A stretch of 64,000 nucleotides of DNA from NCBI GenBank assembly GCA_951406725.2, contig OX597825.1, positions 35,650,001 through 35,714,000 on the forward strand. The letters run 5' to 3'. Both the position numbers and the translations under genes were made by a program. Shown one piece after another: positions 1 through 13,349 of this stretch. Under the pieces are notes generated by a model. The model saw only the letters and a program-made list of their open reading frames with translations. It was not told where the DNA came from and searched no databases. Each line of letters opens with the position of its first letter. Within the stretch, counting starts at the first letter, position 1. This DNA is from Octopus vulgaris. Its lineage: Eukaryota.

Positions 1-704
1 AGTACTGGGGTCGATATAATCGACTATCCTCCTCCCCCAATTTCAGGCCTTTTGCCTATAGGAGAAAGGATTATTATTGTTGGTGGTGGTGGTGTTGGTG
101 TTGGTGTTGTTGTTTAAGGTTGGTTTATTTTTCTAGTAATCCTTCCTAATAAGATTAAGACAGAATCAATTTAAAACGTGCCTATAAAAGAGTGACAAAA
201 TGATTATAATTTGTAGGCCTTTCAAAGTTAATTTAACATTTAGTTAATTTAAGAAAATTAATTTAACATTGAATTTGATATGAAAGAAGTTAAATCATTA
301 AAAAGTAAAAATAAAATATTAAAAAGTTATTAAACAGATTATTTAATAACTTTTAATATTCACAAATACGTTCCGCGTATTCGGGATATCCAAGTTTATT
401 TTTGTAATTTCTCGGACTGGTCAGTTTCATTTCTTGTCCTGTGCACCGATAATGCGAGCTAAAAACCAAAGATCGCCGAAAATTTAGGTATAAAGCAGCA
501 CTAACAGCATATTTATGATTAAATTTTGTATTAATCTTGTTTACCAGCTTCTTTACTCAATGTTTTTTAAAGCTAAAATTTATATAAATCAGGAACTACA
601 AGAACAGTAAACAAAAGTGAAAACCTCTGTTGAGAGCAGTTAAGAACCAGAGTGGTCTCCCTTGCTTGCTAACTGGAATAGATTATGCTTCGTGGAGGAC
701 ATCG

Positions 705-900
705 ACTTCTCTTTTATATTGTTTCAGGCATTGGACTGCAGCTCAGCTTTGTCAGGTTTTAGTCAAACAAATGGACCCCAGTATTATTTTTCTAAAGCCT
801 GGTACTTATTCTATCAATCGCGTATATCAAACAGCGATGTAAACAAACCAATATCGGTTGTCAAGCAGTGGTGGGGAACAAGCACAAACACAAAGACGCA
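705..900 (-). mobile_element. SINE family B, degenerate 3' half
   Basis: Reverse complement matches the 3' half of the intact copy at 9940-10480 (gcttgacaaccgat...tagaataagtaccaggct...ctgaaacaa), followed by the internal CA-rich microsatellite. Confidence 0.75.
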
Positions 901-970
901 CGCGCGCACACACGCACACACATAGACGCGCGCACACGCACACACATAGACGCGCGCACACGCACACACA

Positions 971-1013
<43 letters not shown>

Positions 1014-2084
1014 AAACACACACACACACCACGGCCTCACTCGATTGGGACTACACGTGTGTTACTTTGATATTATCATTCTATAAAATTTGTTTATGAG
1101 AAGAAAAATATCAATAGATGTGTGAATGAGAGAGAAACGAGGGAGGTTTGGGGATGTGCCAGAAACAACAGCCAGATCTTTAAACCACACATTTTCCTCT
1201 GAAATTATTAACAATATTTTAAAACCAAAAATGTTTCTCACAGGTTTTAAGTGCGTAGTGAAAAAAAAAAAAGGCAAAATCGTTTTGGATTGGGGTAGCG
1301 AGGGTAGTGGGAGTGAAAAAAAATTTTTTTTCAAAATTGAAAAAAAAAAAAAAATTCGTGAAAAGATGCCTCCAATCATTCTGAAGACTGGTGAAAAACA
1401 TTGGAAAAAATCCCCGTCAAAACGGAGAAATTCCAACTTATGAGGGCCGTCTGAACCGAAACTCCCTTTTTCAGAACCTCACCCCTTCCGCTCCCTTCCA
1501 AAAATTTTGCCTGCGAATTTCTTTATAATTGAAATCTGAACCGTTTGAAATGTATTTGTATAAAATTTCATCTAAAATACCTATTTTCCAGAAAGTTATG
1601 AGATGGAAAATGTCAGATCATGTGAATTTTCGAAACTCCTCATCCCAACCCCTTGGAAAAATTTTTCCAACAAATCTTTGCATACACTTAATCTACAGGA
1701 TATAAGCGATTATATGGTGAAAGCTTCGTTTTAAAAGTATACATTTTTCTGGCAGTTATGAGACAACAAAGTCGGTGGGGTATTAAACTGTAGGTTATGT
1801 CTTTTTTCAATAAAAGTTAATGTTAACGGATTTACGTTAACTTCGTTACACTTTCAAAGAATTAACGGATCAGTAAAGTTAACAACTTTTTTTCATTCGC
1901 GAAGTATGCATTTTTTAAAAGACAGTAAAACATCTGAAAATCGGCTATAATATTGTTTTCCAGTCTTATTGCTCTGAAGGTATGATGTTGTGGAGAAAAA
2001 AATTGGAGGTAAAAGTTACAGAAGTTTAAAAACCGAAAATAAAAGTGTATTTTTAGCCAATAGCGAGATAGAAAATTTTCTGCG

Positions 2085-2160
2085 TTTAGCGGAACGGTGT
2101 CAAATTTAAGGTTGCAGCATGTTTTGTTTTTTGAGGCCCAAGACTTTTCATACGCCCTCG

Positions 2161-2162
<2 letters not shown>
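2085..2162. mobile_element. Solitary mariner-type terminal inverted repeat end
   Basis: Ends ...gaggcccaagacttttcatacgccctcg-TA; reverse complement TACGAGGGCGTATGAAAAGT resembles a mariner TIR start; abuts a (TA)n tract. No partner TIR found. Confidence 0.55.
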
Positions 2163-2414
<252 letters not shown>

Positions 2415-2422
<8 letters not shown>

Positions 2423-2704
2423 GTAAAACTGAGAATGTGTGTCTGTCTGTCTGAATCCCTAAAACGTGAAGACTACACAACCAATTTCATTCAAATTTTA
2501 CTCATGCCTTGGGTCCATGTATTGTCATGGGCAAAGAACATTTTTTAACTTCTTGCCTAGGGCGAGCCCACTGCATTATCATATCTTCACTATTTCAGTA
2601 TTACGTGTTAAAAGTAAAGCAAAAACATCTCTCTATTGTAATGTCAGATGCTTTCACTTTAATAGTTTCACTTTAATACTGACACTATTAAAGTGAAACT
2701 ATTA
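2415..2704 (+). mobile_element. Non-autonomous Helitron-like 5' segment
   Basis: tatatgtaaaactgagaatgtgtgtctgtctgtctg...actacacaaccaatttcattcaaatttt resembles the 5' architecture (TATA-rich start, GTCT microsatellite, ccaattt..aaattt) of non-autonomous Helitrons; ends in a perfect 19-bp hairpin at 2660-2704. Confidence 0.45.
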
Positions 2705-2849
2705 TATAAGAAGGATGAACTGTTAGTGGACATCCATTTTGCTAGAAGAAGATCCGCTATGGTCTTACCACTAACAAAGGAATGGTAAGACCATAGCGGA
2801 TCTTCTTCTAGCATAATGGATGTCCACTTACAGGTCATCCCTCTTATAT
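2704..2849. mobile_element. Palindromic MITE (67-bp arms, 12-nt loop)
   Basis: 2704-2770 is the reverse complement of 2783-2849 with 4 mismatches; TA-rich ends. Confidence 0.75.
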
Positions 2850-3038
2850 GTATGTAATATAATTTTCTCTGAAACGTTAGATTTTTCAATATGTTAGACC
2901 ACTGGTTTTAAATTGATATTAATCAAATTAATATTCAATTTTTCACCCTTATTATTTTAAATTTAAATATGGATGTATATATATATACATGTATACATAT
3001 AGATGTATATATACATGTATATATATAGATGTATATGT

Positions 3039-3112
<74 letters not shown>

Positions 3113-3269
3113 ATGTATTTATATATGTATGTATGTATGTATGTATGCATGTATGTATATGTAGTATGTATGCATGTTTGCATGTATATGTATGTAAGTA
3201 TATATATACACATATGTATATGCATATGTATATATGTGTGCGTATATATGTATGTATATATATCTTAAA

Positions 3270-3590
3270 GACTCCGCCGGTTACGACGACGAGGGTCCCA
3301 GCTGATACGATCAACGGAACAGCTTGCTCGTGAAATTAACGTGCAAAATGGCTGAGCATTCCACAGACACGTGTACCCTTAACGTAGTTCTCGGGGATAA
3401 TCAGCGTGACACAGAGAGTGACAATGCTGACCCTTTGAAATACAAGTACAACTCATTTTTGCCAGCTGAGTGGACTGGAGCAACGTGAAATAAAGTGTCT
3501 TGCTCAAGGATACAACGCGTCGCCGGGAATCGAACTCACAACCTTACGATCATGAGCCGAATGCCCTAACCATTAAGCCACGCGCCCTCA
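3270..3590 (-). mobile_element. tRNA-derived SINE family C, full length
   Basis: Minus strand: A-box TGGCTTAATGG, B-box GAGTTCGATTCCC, CORE-like TGTATCCTTGAGCAAGACACTT, tail ...CCTCGTCGTCGTAACCGGCGGAGTC; nearly identical to 12788-13107. Confidence 0.9.
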
Positions 3591-3724
3591 CTTATATATA
3601 TATATATGTATATATGTATTTATATATGTGTGTATTTCTTTGTGTGAATGTATGTGTGTAGGTGTGTGTGTGTGTTTATGTGTGTGTGTGTGTGTATTAA
3701 TGTGCGTGTGCAAGTATGCGTGTG

Positions 3725-3767
<43 letters not shown>

Positions 3768-3979
3768 GCGTCGTGATATAGAATAGACAACCTCAAAATG
3801 TAGCTGTTAGCAATTATATATTCTTAGTAACCTTGTTATTTAGACACTAATTGAGGTAATAAAATTGGCTGAAAAAAAATAATAGAAACATAAAAATGCT
3901 CTCAGAGAATTGACGACGATGTGTGTATATAGATACACATATACACGCACACATATATGTACATATATATAATGCATGT

Positions 3980-4012
<33 letters not shown>

Positions 4013-4084
4013 TATATTTATATATATGTATATTACATGTATACGTTATATATACATAATTACATTTACATACATTGTACCTGC

Positions 4085-4283
4085 ATGGCACAAGGCCAGG
4101 CAAGGCTGTTTATGGAAGACCAGCAGTTGCCCATGCATACCAATCTCCACTTTCCAGAGATGTTCTCCAAGGGAAAGGCAAAGGCGATACAGCTTGGCAC
4201 CAGTGACGTCGCATTACAGCCTGTCCAGGAATCGAACTGACTACCTCATGATTGCGAGCACGACGCTATAACCATTGAGCCAT
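4085..4283 (-). mobile_element. SINE family D, internally deleted
   Basis: Shares ttatggaagaccagcag...gatacagcttggcaccagtgacgtcgc with 19420-19738, 41762-41930 and 60635-60925. Confidence 0.75.
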
Positions 4284-4284
4284 G

Positions 4285-4669
4285 GAATCGAGGCAAAATG
4301 TTGTCATCACCGATGATCACTCCATACACCATAATGTTGACTGGATGTTTGATTTTTTTTCACTCTCGGTATATGCCCTCAGATTGAACTACCCTCAGAT
4401 TGCACTACCCTCAGATTGACACCCAAACACTCTGAAATATTCGTATCGGAGCTTCCGGCGTGAATGCCAATGAGTGCAGCATTTCGTTTCCAATTTTCTG
4501 GCAGACTGAAATGCGTCATGGAGAAATTGTCTGACAGCCATGGCTGGGTTCTCAAAGACGGTGCCCAGCTGACCCTACTATACTGTGTAGTCGAGAAAAC
4601 CAAAAACAAGCAATTCGCACGCGCGAAATTAAAAATATAAAATGGTGACAATTTACCCATCGCACACTG
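4285..4669 (-). mobile_element. Internally deleted Tc1/mariner element of maT (DD37D)-like type
   Basis: TA + CAGTGTGCGATGGGTAAATTGTC terminus; minus-strand peptides MTHFSLPENWKRNAALIGIHAGSSDTNISECLGVNLR (N-terminal HTH-like) and KHPVNIMVYGVIIGDDNILP, resembling the maT-type KxP..MV.G....G...PP motif. Catalytic triad is not present to confirm the spacing. Confidence 0.65.
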
Positions 4670-4741
4670 TACATACATACATACATACATACATACATAC
4701 ATACATACATACATACATACATACATACATACTTACATACT

Positions 4742-4881
<140 letters not shown>

Positions 4882-4891
4882 TATAGATAGG

Positions 4892-4929
<38 letters not shown>

Positions 4930-4949
4930 CATACATACATACATACATG

Positions 4950-5200
4950 GTTTTCTTTTACTTGTTTCAGTCATTGGACTGTGGCCATGCTAACACAACA
5001 TCTTGAAGGGTTTAGTCGAACAATTCGATCCCAATTCTTATTTTGAGAAAAGAGCTGCTAAGTTACGGAGTCGTAAACAAACCAACACCTGTTGTCAAGC
5101 GGTGGTAGCGACAAACAACACACACACGCACACGCATATATATATATGTTAAATTAATGGTATTATTAAATTAATATCAATTTTTCACCCTCATTTATAA

Positions 5201-5258
<58 letters not shown>

Positions 5259-5530
5259 CAAGGGCAAAAGAAAAAATTCTAATACCAAATATGCCGAAAA
5301 TAGACAAATCGTCAATAACCATTATAATTTATCACTATTAACATGCCGGCCATTGATAAAATTTTTTTCGAAAAATTTTATCCTATATAAGATGTATATA
5401 TATATACACACACATACACACACATACATACATATGTGTATGACGGGTTTCTTTCAGTTTACCTCCACCAAATCCACTCACAAAGTTTTTGTGTGGCCGT
5501 GGTTATAATGGAAACACCATCCAAAGGTAT
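4950..5530 (-). mobile_element. SINE family B, degenerate, expanded internal microsatellite
   Basis: 3' half at 4950-5120 and 5' part at 5440-5530 (gacgggtttctttcagttt...caaatccactcacaaag) separated by (TA)n and other inserts. Confidence 0.7.
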
Positions 5531-6109
5531 ATTTCCAACGCAATGAATTTGTTATCTCCAAAAGATTGTTATATAATGAGAAAAATAAGTTATTCATCAG
5601 CATTAAAACTTCATTAATTTTTGCTTGTGTTCATGTATTTGGCGCATATGATACTGAAGACATACGGATGTGATTTTGCATGAGTCTTCTCTTTTCCGGA
5701 GACCGATGATATTGCAAAGGTTCATCAAATTTTGACGCATTTACGAATATTTTTGTCTGCATATTATCACACTGCTCCATAAACCTTTGTCGTTTGAATA
5801 ATTGGTAACGTAAAACTCAGAGTTACAATTCACATAGCTTTAGCTTTTCATAAAATATACAGTTTATGTACTAAATACACTTTTTTGTTCGTTTATAATC
5901 ACAAATGCTCGCCATTCCATTCATCCATCCATCCATGTACACACACACACACACAATGTTAACATATAAATAAAATCTTCTCTTAAAAATTCTACCCGGT
6001 TGTGTGTCTCTTTTCCTTCTGGCACATATTCGCATTTATTCTTTTCATATTTATTGTATCGACCGTGCGATGTTCTAAAGAAGCTATTCTCGTCACCTCT
6101 TCTTCACAC

Positions 6110-6325
6110 GGTCGTTTACAATAGTTCTCAGGAAGATTCAGCGTAACACAGAATATGTCAAGACTGGCCTTTTGTAATACAGGAACAACTCATTTTTGCC
6201 TGTTGAGTGGACTGGAGCCATGTGAAATTGAATTGTCTTGCTCAAGGACATAATGCGCCGCCAGGAATCGAACTCGCGACTGTGAGCCGAATACTCTAAC
6301 CTTTAAGCCACGCGCCTTCATGCAC
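6110..6325 (-). mobile_element. SINE family C, partial
   Basis: Homologous to 3385-3590. Confidence 0.75.
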
Positions 6326-6374
6326 TCTTAAATAACGAACGAACATGGATAATGCTGGCTCACATAAGTAAAAA

Positions 6375-6440
6375 TAAATAAATAAATAAATAATAATAAT
6401 GACGACAACAACAACAACAACAACAACAATAATAATAATG

Positions 6441-6481
<41 letters not shown>

Positions 6482-6482
6482 G

Positions 6483-6525
<43 letters not shown>

Positions 6526-6578
6526 TAATAATGACAATAATGATGATGATAATGATGATGATGATGATGATGATGATG

Positions 6579-6630
<52 letters not shown>

Positions 6631-6710
6631 TGATGATGATGACGATGATGATGATGATGATGATGATGACGATGACGATAATGATGATGATGATGATGAT
6701 AATAATAATA

Positions 6711-6760
<50 letters not shown>

Positions 6761-6910
6761 AATAATAGATGAAAGGATGATTCCACCTGGAATGTCTTTG
6801 ACCAAAGAGATATTCAAGGTAACCTTGTGTTAAACAACTATAACAATAACAACAACAACGATGACATCTTCGACGACGATGACAACAGCAACAGGAACAA
6901 GAACAGCAAC

Positions 6911-6942
<32 letters not shown>

Positions 6943-6972
6943 GAACAACAGCAGCAACAACCACAACAACAA
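6375..6972. repeat. Compound trinucleotide microsatellite (AAT/ATC/ATG/AAC)
   Basis: Directly visible; source of the poly-I/M/S/N ORFs. Confidence 0.95.
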
Positions 6973-7354
6973 TTTTACGGTAAATAAAACAACACCTACA
7001 TATATTCTGCTTGAAAGCAAAGTTTACATAACAAGAAGCACGGCTTAAAATCTTAACGCCTCCGTAAAACTATTCCCAACTTCTAAATCTGTCGTAAAAC
7101 CAGATATCTTCCCACGCAACGAACGACTGGTTCAAATCTCCAAATCATCCGGCTTTGTACGCTGGGTCACGTAAGTGTATTCACTGAATACAATACATAA
7201 ATTTCCATTTTAAATTATTATCTTTTCTTAGTCAGCGGAGGAAGAGGAAACTTCTTTACCCTTTTCAGACCTTCTGAACCAGGTGGGAGGAAGAGAAACC
7301 TGGTCTGGGTTCTATTAAAAGGCACCCCAAGTTGTTGTTATTGTTGTTGAGACG

Positions 7355-8346
7355 ATAACCGGGCGAAATGCTTAACGGTATTTCGTCTGTCGCAACGTTG
7401 TGAGTTCAAATTCCGCCGAGGTCGACTTTGCCATTCATCCTTTCGGGGTCGATAAATTAAGTACCAGTTACGCACTGGGGTCGATGTAATCGACTTAATA
7501 CCTATGTCTGTCCTTGTTTGTCCACTCTGTGTTTAGCCCCTTGTGGGTAATAAAGAAATAGGTATTTCGTCTGTCGCAACGTTGTGAGTTCAAATTCCGC
7601 TGAGGTCGACTTTGCCTTTCATCCTTTCGGGGTCTATTAAATAAGTAACAGTTACGCACTGGGGTCGATGTAATTGACTTAATACCTATGTCTGTCCTTG
7701 TTTGTCCCCTCTATGTTTAGCCCCTTGTGAGTAATAAAGAAATAGGTATTTCATCTGCCGAGGGCGACGAGCTGGCAGAAACGTTAGCACGCTGGGCGAA
7801 ATGCGTAGCCGTATTTCGTCTGTCGTTACATTCTGAGTTCAAATTCCGCTGAGGTCAACTTTGCCTTTCATCCTTTCGGGTTCGATAAATTAAGTACCAG
7901 TTATGCACTGGCGTCGATGTAATCGACTTAATACCTATGTCTGTCCTTGTTTGCCCCCTCTATGTTTAGCCCCCTGTGTGTAATAAACAGACAGGTATTT
8001 CGTCTGTCGCTACGTTCTGAGTTCAAATTCCGCCAAGGTCGACTTTGCCTTTCATCCTTTCGGGGTCGATTAAATAAGTACCTGTTACGCACTAGGGTCG
8101 ATATAATCGACTTAATCCGTCTGTCTGTCCTTGTTTGTCCTTTCTGTGTTTAGTCCCTTGTGGGTAGTAAAGAAATAGGCATTTCGTTTGTCTTTATGTT
8201 CTGAGTTCAAATTCCGCCGAGGTCGACTTTGCTTTTCATCCTGTCGAGGTCAATAAATTAAGTACCAGTTGCGTACTGGTGTTGATCTAATCGACTGCCT
8301 CACCACCTCCAAAATTTCGGGCCTTGTGCCTAGATTAGAAAAGAAT
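7355..8346 (+). mobile_element. Multimeric SINE family A array (184-bp period)
   Basis: Body gtatttcgtc..gagttcaaattccgccgaggtcgactttgcctttcatcctttcggggtcgataaattaagtaccag starts at 7378, 7562, 7811, 7995, 8179; head re-initiates near 7760; monomer tail at 8300-8346. Confidence 0.9.
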
Positions 8347-8379
8347 CGTTAGTACGCCGGGCAAAATGCTTTTACTCTT

Positions 8380-8592
8380 TTTTTACTCTTTTACTTGTTT
8401 CAGTCATTTGACTGTGGCCATGCTGGAGCACCGCCTTTAGTCAAACAAATCAACCCCAGGACATATTCTTTGGAAGCCTAGTACTTATTCTATCGGTCTC
8501 TTTTGCCGAACCGCTAAGTTACGGGGATGTAAACACACCAGTATCGGTTGTCAAGAGATGTTGGGGGGACAAACACAGACACACAGACATAG

Positions 8593-8645
<53 letters not shown>

Positions 8646-8818
8646 TACGACGGGTTTCTTTCAGTTTCCGTCCACCAAATCCACCCAGAAGGCTTTGGTC
8701 GGCCCGAGGCTATAGTAGAAGACACTTGCCCAAGGTGCCACGCTGTGGGACTGAACCCGGCGCTATGTGGTTCCTAAGCATGCTACTTACCACACGATGT
8801 AATCGACTCCTACGCCTA
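8380..8818 (-). mobile_element. SINE family B, full length
   Basis: Reverse complement of 9940-10480, with tRNA-like head, internal (TA)n and (GTAAAAGA)-type tail. Confidence 0.9.
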
Positions 8819-8939
8819 TAGCCACGGTAGCATTTCTTCCGGTTTTACTTTTGGCATTCGAATTCTGCAAAGCTCAACTTTTGAGTTCGATAAAAGAAGT
8901 ACCAGTTGTGTACTGGGATCGACATCAAAACTTGAAGCC

Positions 8940-9425
8940 GTTATAACTGCTGTTGTTATGGTTGTTGCTATTGTTATCGTTATTGTTGTTCTTATGGTTG
9001 TTTTTGTTGTTACTAAGGTTGTTGTTCTTACGGTAGCTGTTGGTATAGTTATTGTTATGATCATTGTTGTTGCTATGATAAATGTTATAGTTATTGTTGT
9101 TGTTGTTGTTGTTATGATAGTTGTTATGGTTATTGTTGCTGTTACAGTTGTTCTTATGCTTGAGTTATGGTTGCTGTTACCGTTGTTGTCCTTATCGTTG
9201 TTGTTGTTATTGTTGTTTTTATGGTTGTTGCTGTTATTGTTGACTTATGGTTGCTCTGGTTGTTTTTTATAGTTGTTGTTATAGTTAATGTTAAGTTCGT
9301 TGTGCTGTTGTTACGGTTGTTGTTACGGTTGTTGTTATGGTTGTTATGATTATTCTTATGGTTGTTACTGTTATGGTTGCTGATGTTGTTGTGGGTGATG
9401 TTGTTATGAATGTGTTTGTTGTTGT
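8940..9425. repeat. Degenerate (GTT)n microsatellite
   Basis: Directly visible. Confidence 0.9.
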
Positions 9426-9615
9426 TTTTTAACCCTAGGTCAACTTTCACCGAGAAGACCAATAATGCAAAGCATTCCAACAATAACCATCCCATCTTTT
9501 CCCTATTTACACGAAATCCAAGATAGTATTATCCAATGTGTTCATTATTTTAAGACAGAAGGTCATGATCTGAGAGAAATTTGGCTGCTATTTCTACCTG
9601 TTCGAGTGATCATAT
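9425..9615 (+). repeat. Old interspersed repeat family F (unclassified)
   Basis: aaccctaggtcaac...aaagcattcca...tatccaatgtg...gagaaatttggctgctatttct recurs degenerately near 17345-17660, 18060-18240(-), 36690-36905, 45260-45420(-), 45735-46160, 60475-60632 and 62990-63140(-). Confidence 0.6.
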
Positions 9616-9939
9616 AAAACTGTGATTCCCAAACATGTTACAACCAAGGACCTAAGGGTCTCTTTTATTTAGATGAAATTTTGACACAGGCTCCCCATCG
9701 TCTCTGTTTTGAATGATCCAGCTACAGAATAAGCTCATTTTATTAAGTCACAACAAATTGATTTTGCTGGTTTCATCTCCTGACCAAAAGATATCTTATA
9801 GGCATGGCTCTGTGGTTAAGAAATTCACTTTGCAACTACGTGGCTTCGAGTTTGGGCAAGTTTCTTTTACTATGGTCCTGAGTCGGCCAATGTGTTGCGA
9901 GTGAATACTGCAGGCAGAAACTGTGTAGGAGCCTGTCGA

Positions 9940-10480
<541 letters not shown>

Positions 10481-10902
10481 ACATGACTCAATAACATGTA
10501 ACTGAGAAATTATATATTTTTACAAGCAGCCTCTAAAACTTTGAACAGAGCTCATGGACCCCACCATCTAGCACTTCTTTTATGGATCCCCAAGGGTTCT
10601 ATGAACCCTAGATTGGAGACCACTGATGCTGCGGTTCACTCATTATGTGATGGTGCTAAACTGAATTACAGTCTAAGATTATTGCTCAAGAACAGGAACA
10701 GTCGTTTTCCAGTAAATGTCTACAGAGTTTCTGTCTCCGAAATTTCACTTATCAGGCTTTGTCTAACCCGAAACCAGAGTAGAGGAGTCTTCCCAAGATG
10801 TTGGTGTTGCGAGATCGAACCCCAATCCACGTAGCTTGCTGCAAAGTGAACGTAAATCACACAACCTGCGCCTAATCTTTTCTCTCTCCTAGTATGAAGT
10901 CA

Positions 10903-11210
10903 TGTGGAGGCGCAATGGCCCAGTGGTTAGGGCAGCGAACTCGCGGTCGGAGGATCGCGGTTTCGATTCCCAGACCGGGCGTTTGTGTATGTTTATTGAG
11001 CGAAAACACCTAAAAGCTCCACGAAACTCCGGCGGCGGGTGGTGGTGACTCATGTTGTACTCTTCCGCCACAACTTTCTCTCACACTCTCTTCCTGTTTC
11101 TTGAGTAACGCTGCGATGGACTGGCGTCCCGTCCAGCTGGGGGTAACACAGACGCCACAGAAACCGGGAAACCGGGCCCATGAGCCTGGCTAGGCTTGAA
11201 AAGGGTGACA
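10903..11210 (+). mobile_element. tRNA(Arg)-like SINE family E
   Basis: A-box TGGCCCAGTGG, TCG-containing anticodon loop, B-box GGTTTCGATTCCC, ctgcgatggactggcgtcccgtccag block; second copy at 54351-54660(-). Resembles octopus OR-type SINEs (from memory). Confidence 0.85.
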
Positions 11211-11276
11211 AAAAAAACACATGGGGTCATAGATATGCAAATGCTACAATGACTACAGCCCACACACACACATACA

Positions 11277-11382
<106 letters not shown>

Positions 11383-12531
11383 TGACAAACGGCCCGCACA
11401 TTATTCTAAACGGAAATGTTAAGTTTTGGTAGGTGATAACATATCTTTTGTCTTCCAGTCAGGGTCACTGTAAAGAAGTTGGTATGCAAGCTTTATCTGA
11501 TAATCGTGACGGTCAGTGGAAGGTAGAACTGATTTTAAATAACTTAACAATAATACGGTCGCGATAGCTTGCTTGTAGAAAGAAGATTTTGTTGGTTTTA
11601 TTATTTTTTGTGGGTTTTCTTCTCGAAAAATTATTTGTTGTCTTTATCAAATGTTCCCATTTTTAAACGTAATTTTGCACTTTCTGTGAGTTCTTTTTCA
11701 AATTATTCTAACGAAGAGACTTCAATAATGGACGAATATACAAAGAAAGTTCTAACCGTGACCATTCTAACGTTTATTTATTTATTTATTTTTTGCCCCA
11801 CATAAAGTTATCTTGGACTAAAAATAAATCGACTTTGTCATGGTTGAAGCATATTTTATCAAGAGTTTGCTCAATAAGAGCTGACCCAGAGCAAAACAAC
11901 AACACAAATACAACAAAACAATTTTAATTCTTGCTCACTTAATCCCAGTGACGTTAATCAATATAGCTGTTAGTTGATCAATCTAGTTGTTACCCAGATA
12001 TATTGCTGTCTATTTTAGTAGTAGCAAAGAGCTCTCGAGCGAACTGGGTAGCAGACGAAAACGCCCCTACCTCATGTAAGCGTTTTGGCCCTTAATTAGA
12101 GAAGTTAGATGTCGCCCAGTTATACTACTGCTGTCTAGTGCAGTGATCCTCAAGCTGACAAAGACTGTTCTCCTATAAATATTAGGGATTTGTTTTGTAT
12201 CTCCGCTCTCTATTTCTAAGATGACCAAATGGATTTTGCATCCATATAATTCTTCCATTAACAAGCTGTTAGATAAGTTGCAAAAACATCTTGATTTTAT
12301 TAAGCATGATTTCTTTATCCTTTTCCAATCGTCACAGTGTCACTGATTTGGTTGGCTGCCGTTCATTCCCATGTCGCTCAGGTGCCTTCAACCAGAATCT
12401 ATATTAAGTCCTCATTTCACTTTGGCATCTCTAGTTAGACAAAATTTAAGATGGGGTCAGTTAAGAGATTTCCACCCGCTCTATGGGATTCTGAACCCTT
12501 TGATAAATTTCCTGCTGGTTCTATTGCCATA

Positions 12532-12568
<37 letters not shown>

Positions 12569-12664
12569 TGACGATGGAACCAGCAGAAAATGTGTTAATA
12601 AGTTCATAACTTTCATGGAGTGAGTGGAAACCGACACGTTGGATTGTTATAAATGAGGGTGATA

Positions 12665-13190
12665 TAAGGCTGCGAGCTGCCAGAATCGTTATCGTGTCTT
12701 TCAGCATTTTATGTTCTGCGTTCAAATATCGCCGATTGAAATTGCCTTTCATCTTTTCATGAACGATAAAATAAGTACCAGTTGAGCGAGGGCGCGTGGC
12801 TTAGTGGTTAGGGCATTCGGCTCATGATCGTAAGGTTGTGAGTTCGATTCCCGGCGACGCGTTGTGTCCCTGAGCAAGACACTTTATTTCACGTTGCTCC
12901 AGTCCACTCAGCTGGCAAAAATGAGTTGTACTTGTATTTCAAAGGGTCAGCCTTGTCACTCTCTGTGTCACGCTGATTTTCCCCGAGAACTACGTTAAGG
13001 GTACACGTGTCTGTGGAATGCTCAGCCATTTGCACGTTAATTTCACGAGCAAGCTGTTCCGTTGATCGTATCAGCTGGGACCCTCGTCGTCGTAACCGGC
13101 GGAGTCGAAACCAGTTGAGCATTGGAGTCGATGTAATTGAATAATTCCTTCTCCATAAAATTGCTAGTCTTGTGCAAAAATTTGAGACCA
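12665..13190 (+). mobile_element. SINE A interrupted by SINE C
   Basis: SINE A sequence resumes after the insert; 11-bp TSD accagttgagc at 12777-12787 and 13110-13120. Confidence 0.8.
12788..13107 (+). mobile_element. SINE family C, full length, young
   Basis: Intact A/B boxes, TSD-flanked, near-identical to 3270-3590. Confidence 0.93.
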
Positions 13191-13349
13191 GATCTGATGA
13201 TAATGGAATATTTATCGATCTTCACTAGTGTTCTTATCGTGACTCCCGTTAAAAACTTTCAAAAATTTGTGCAAATATTTACAGTTATTTGGATAATTAA
13301 TAATCGGGATAATTAATTCACGTCTCACAACCCATATTACCTACAATGA

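Noticed and set aside
1440-2080. Imperfect ~155-bp units ending agttatgaga, like DNA-transposon subterminal repeats
   Set aside because: Similarity is weak and no termini could be defined.
7378-8346. Regularly spaced repeats resembling a CRISPR array
   Set aside because: Units are 184 bp with constant, not unique, linkers; they are SINE bodies in eukaryotic DNA with no cas genes.
12788-12860. tRNA-like cloverleafs (also 10905-10980, 32187-32260, 60635-60710)
   Set aside because: These are SINE heads: poor acceptor stems, continuing directly into repeat bodies; not tRNA genes.
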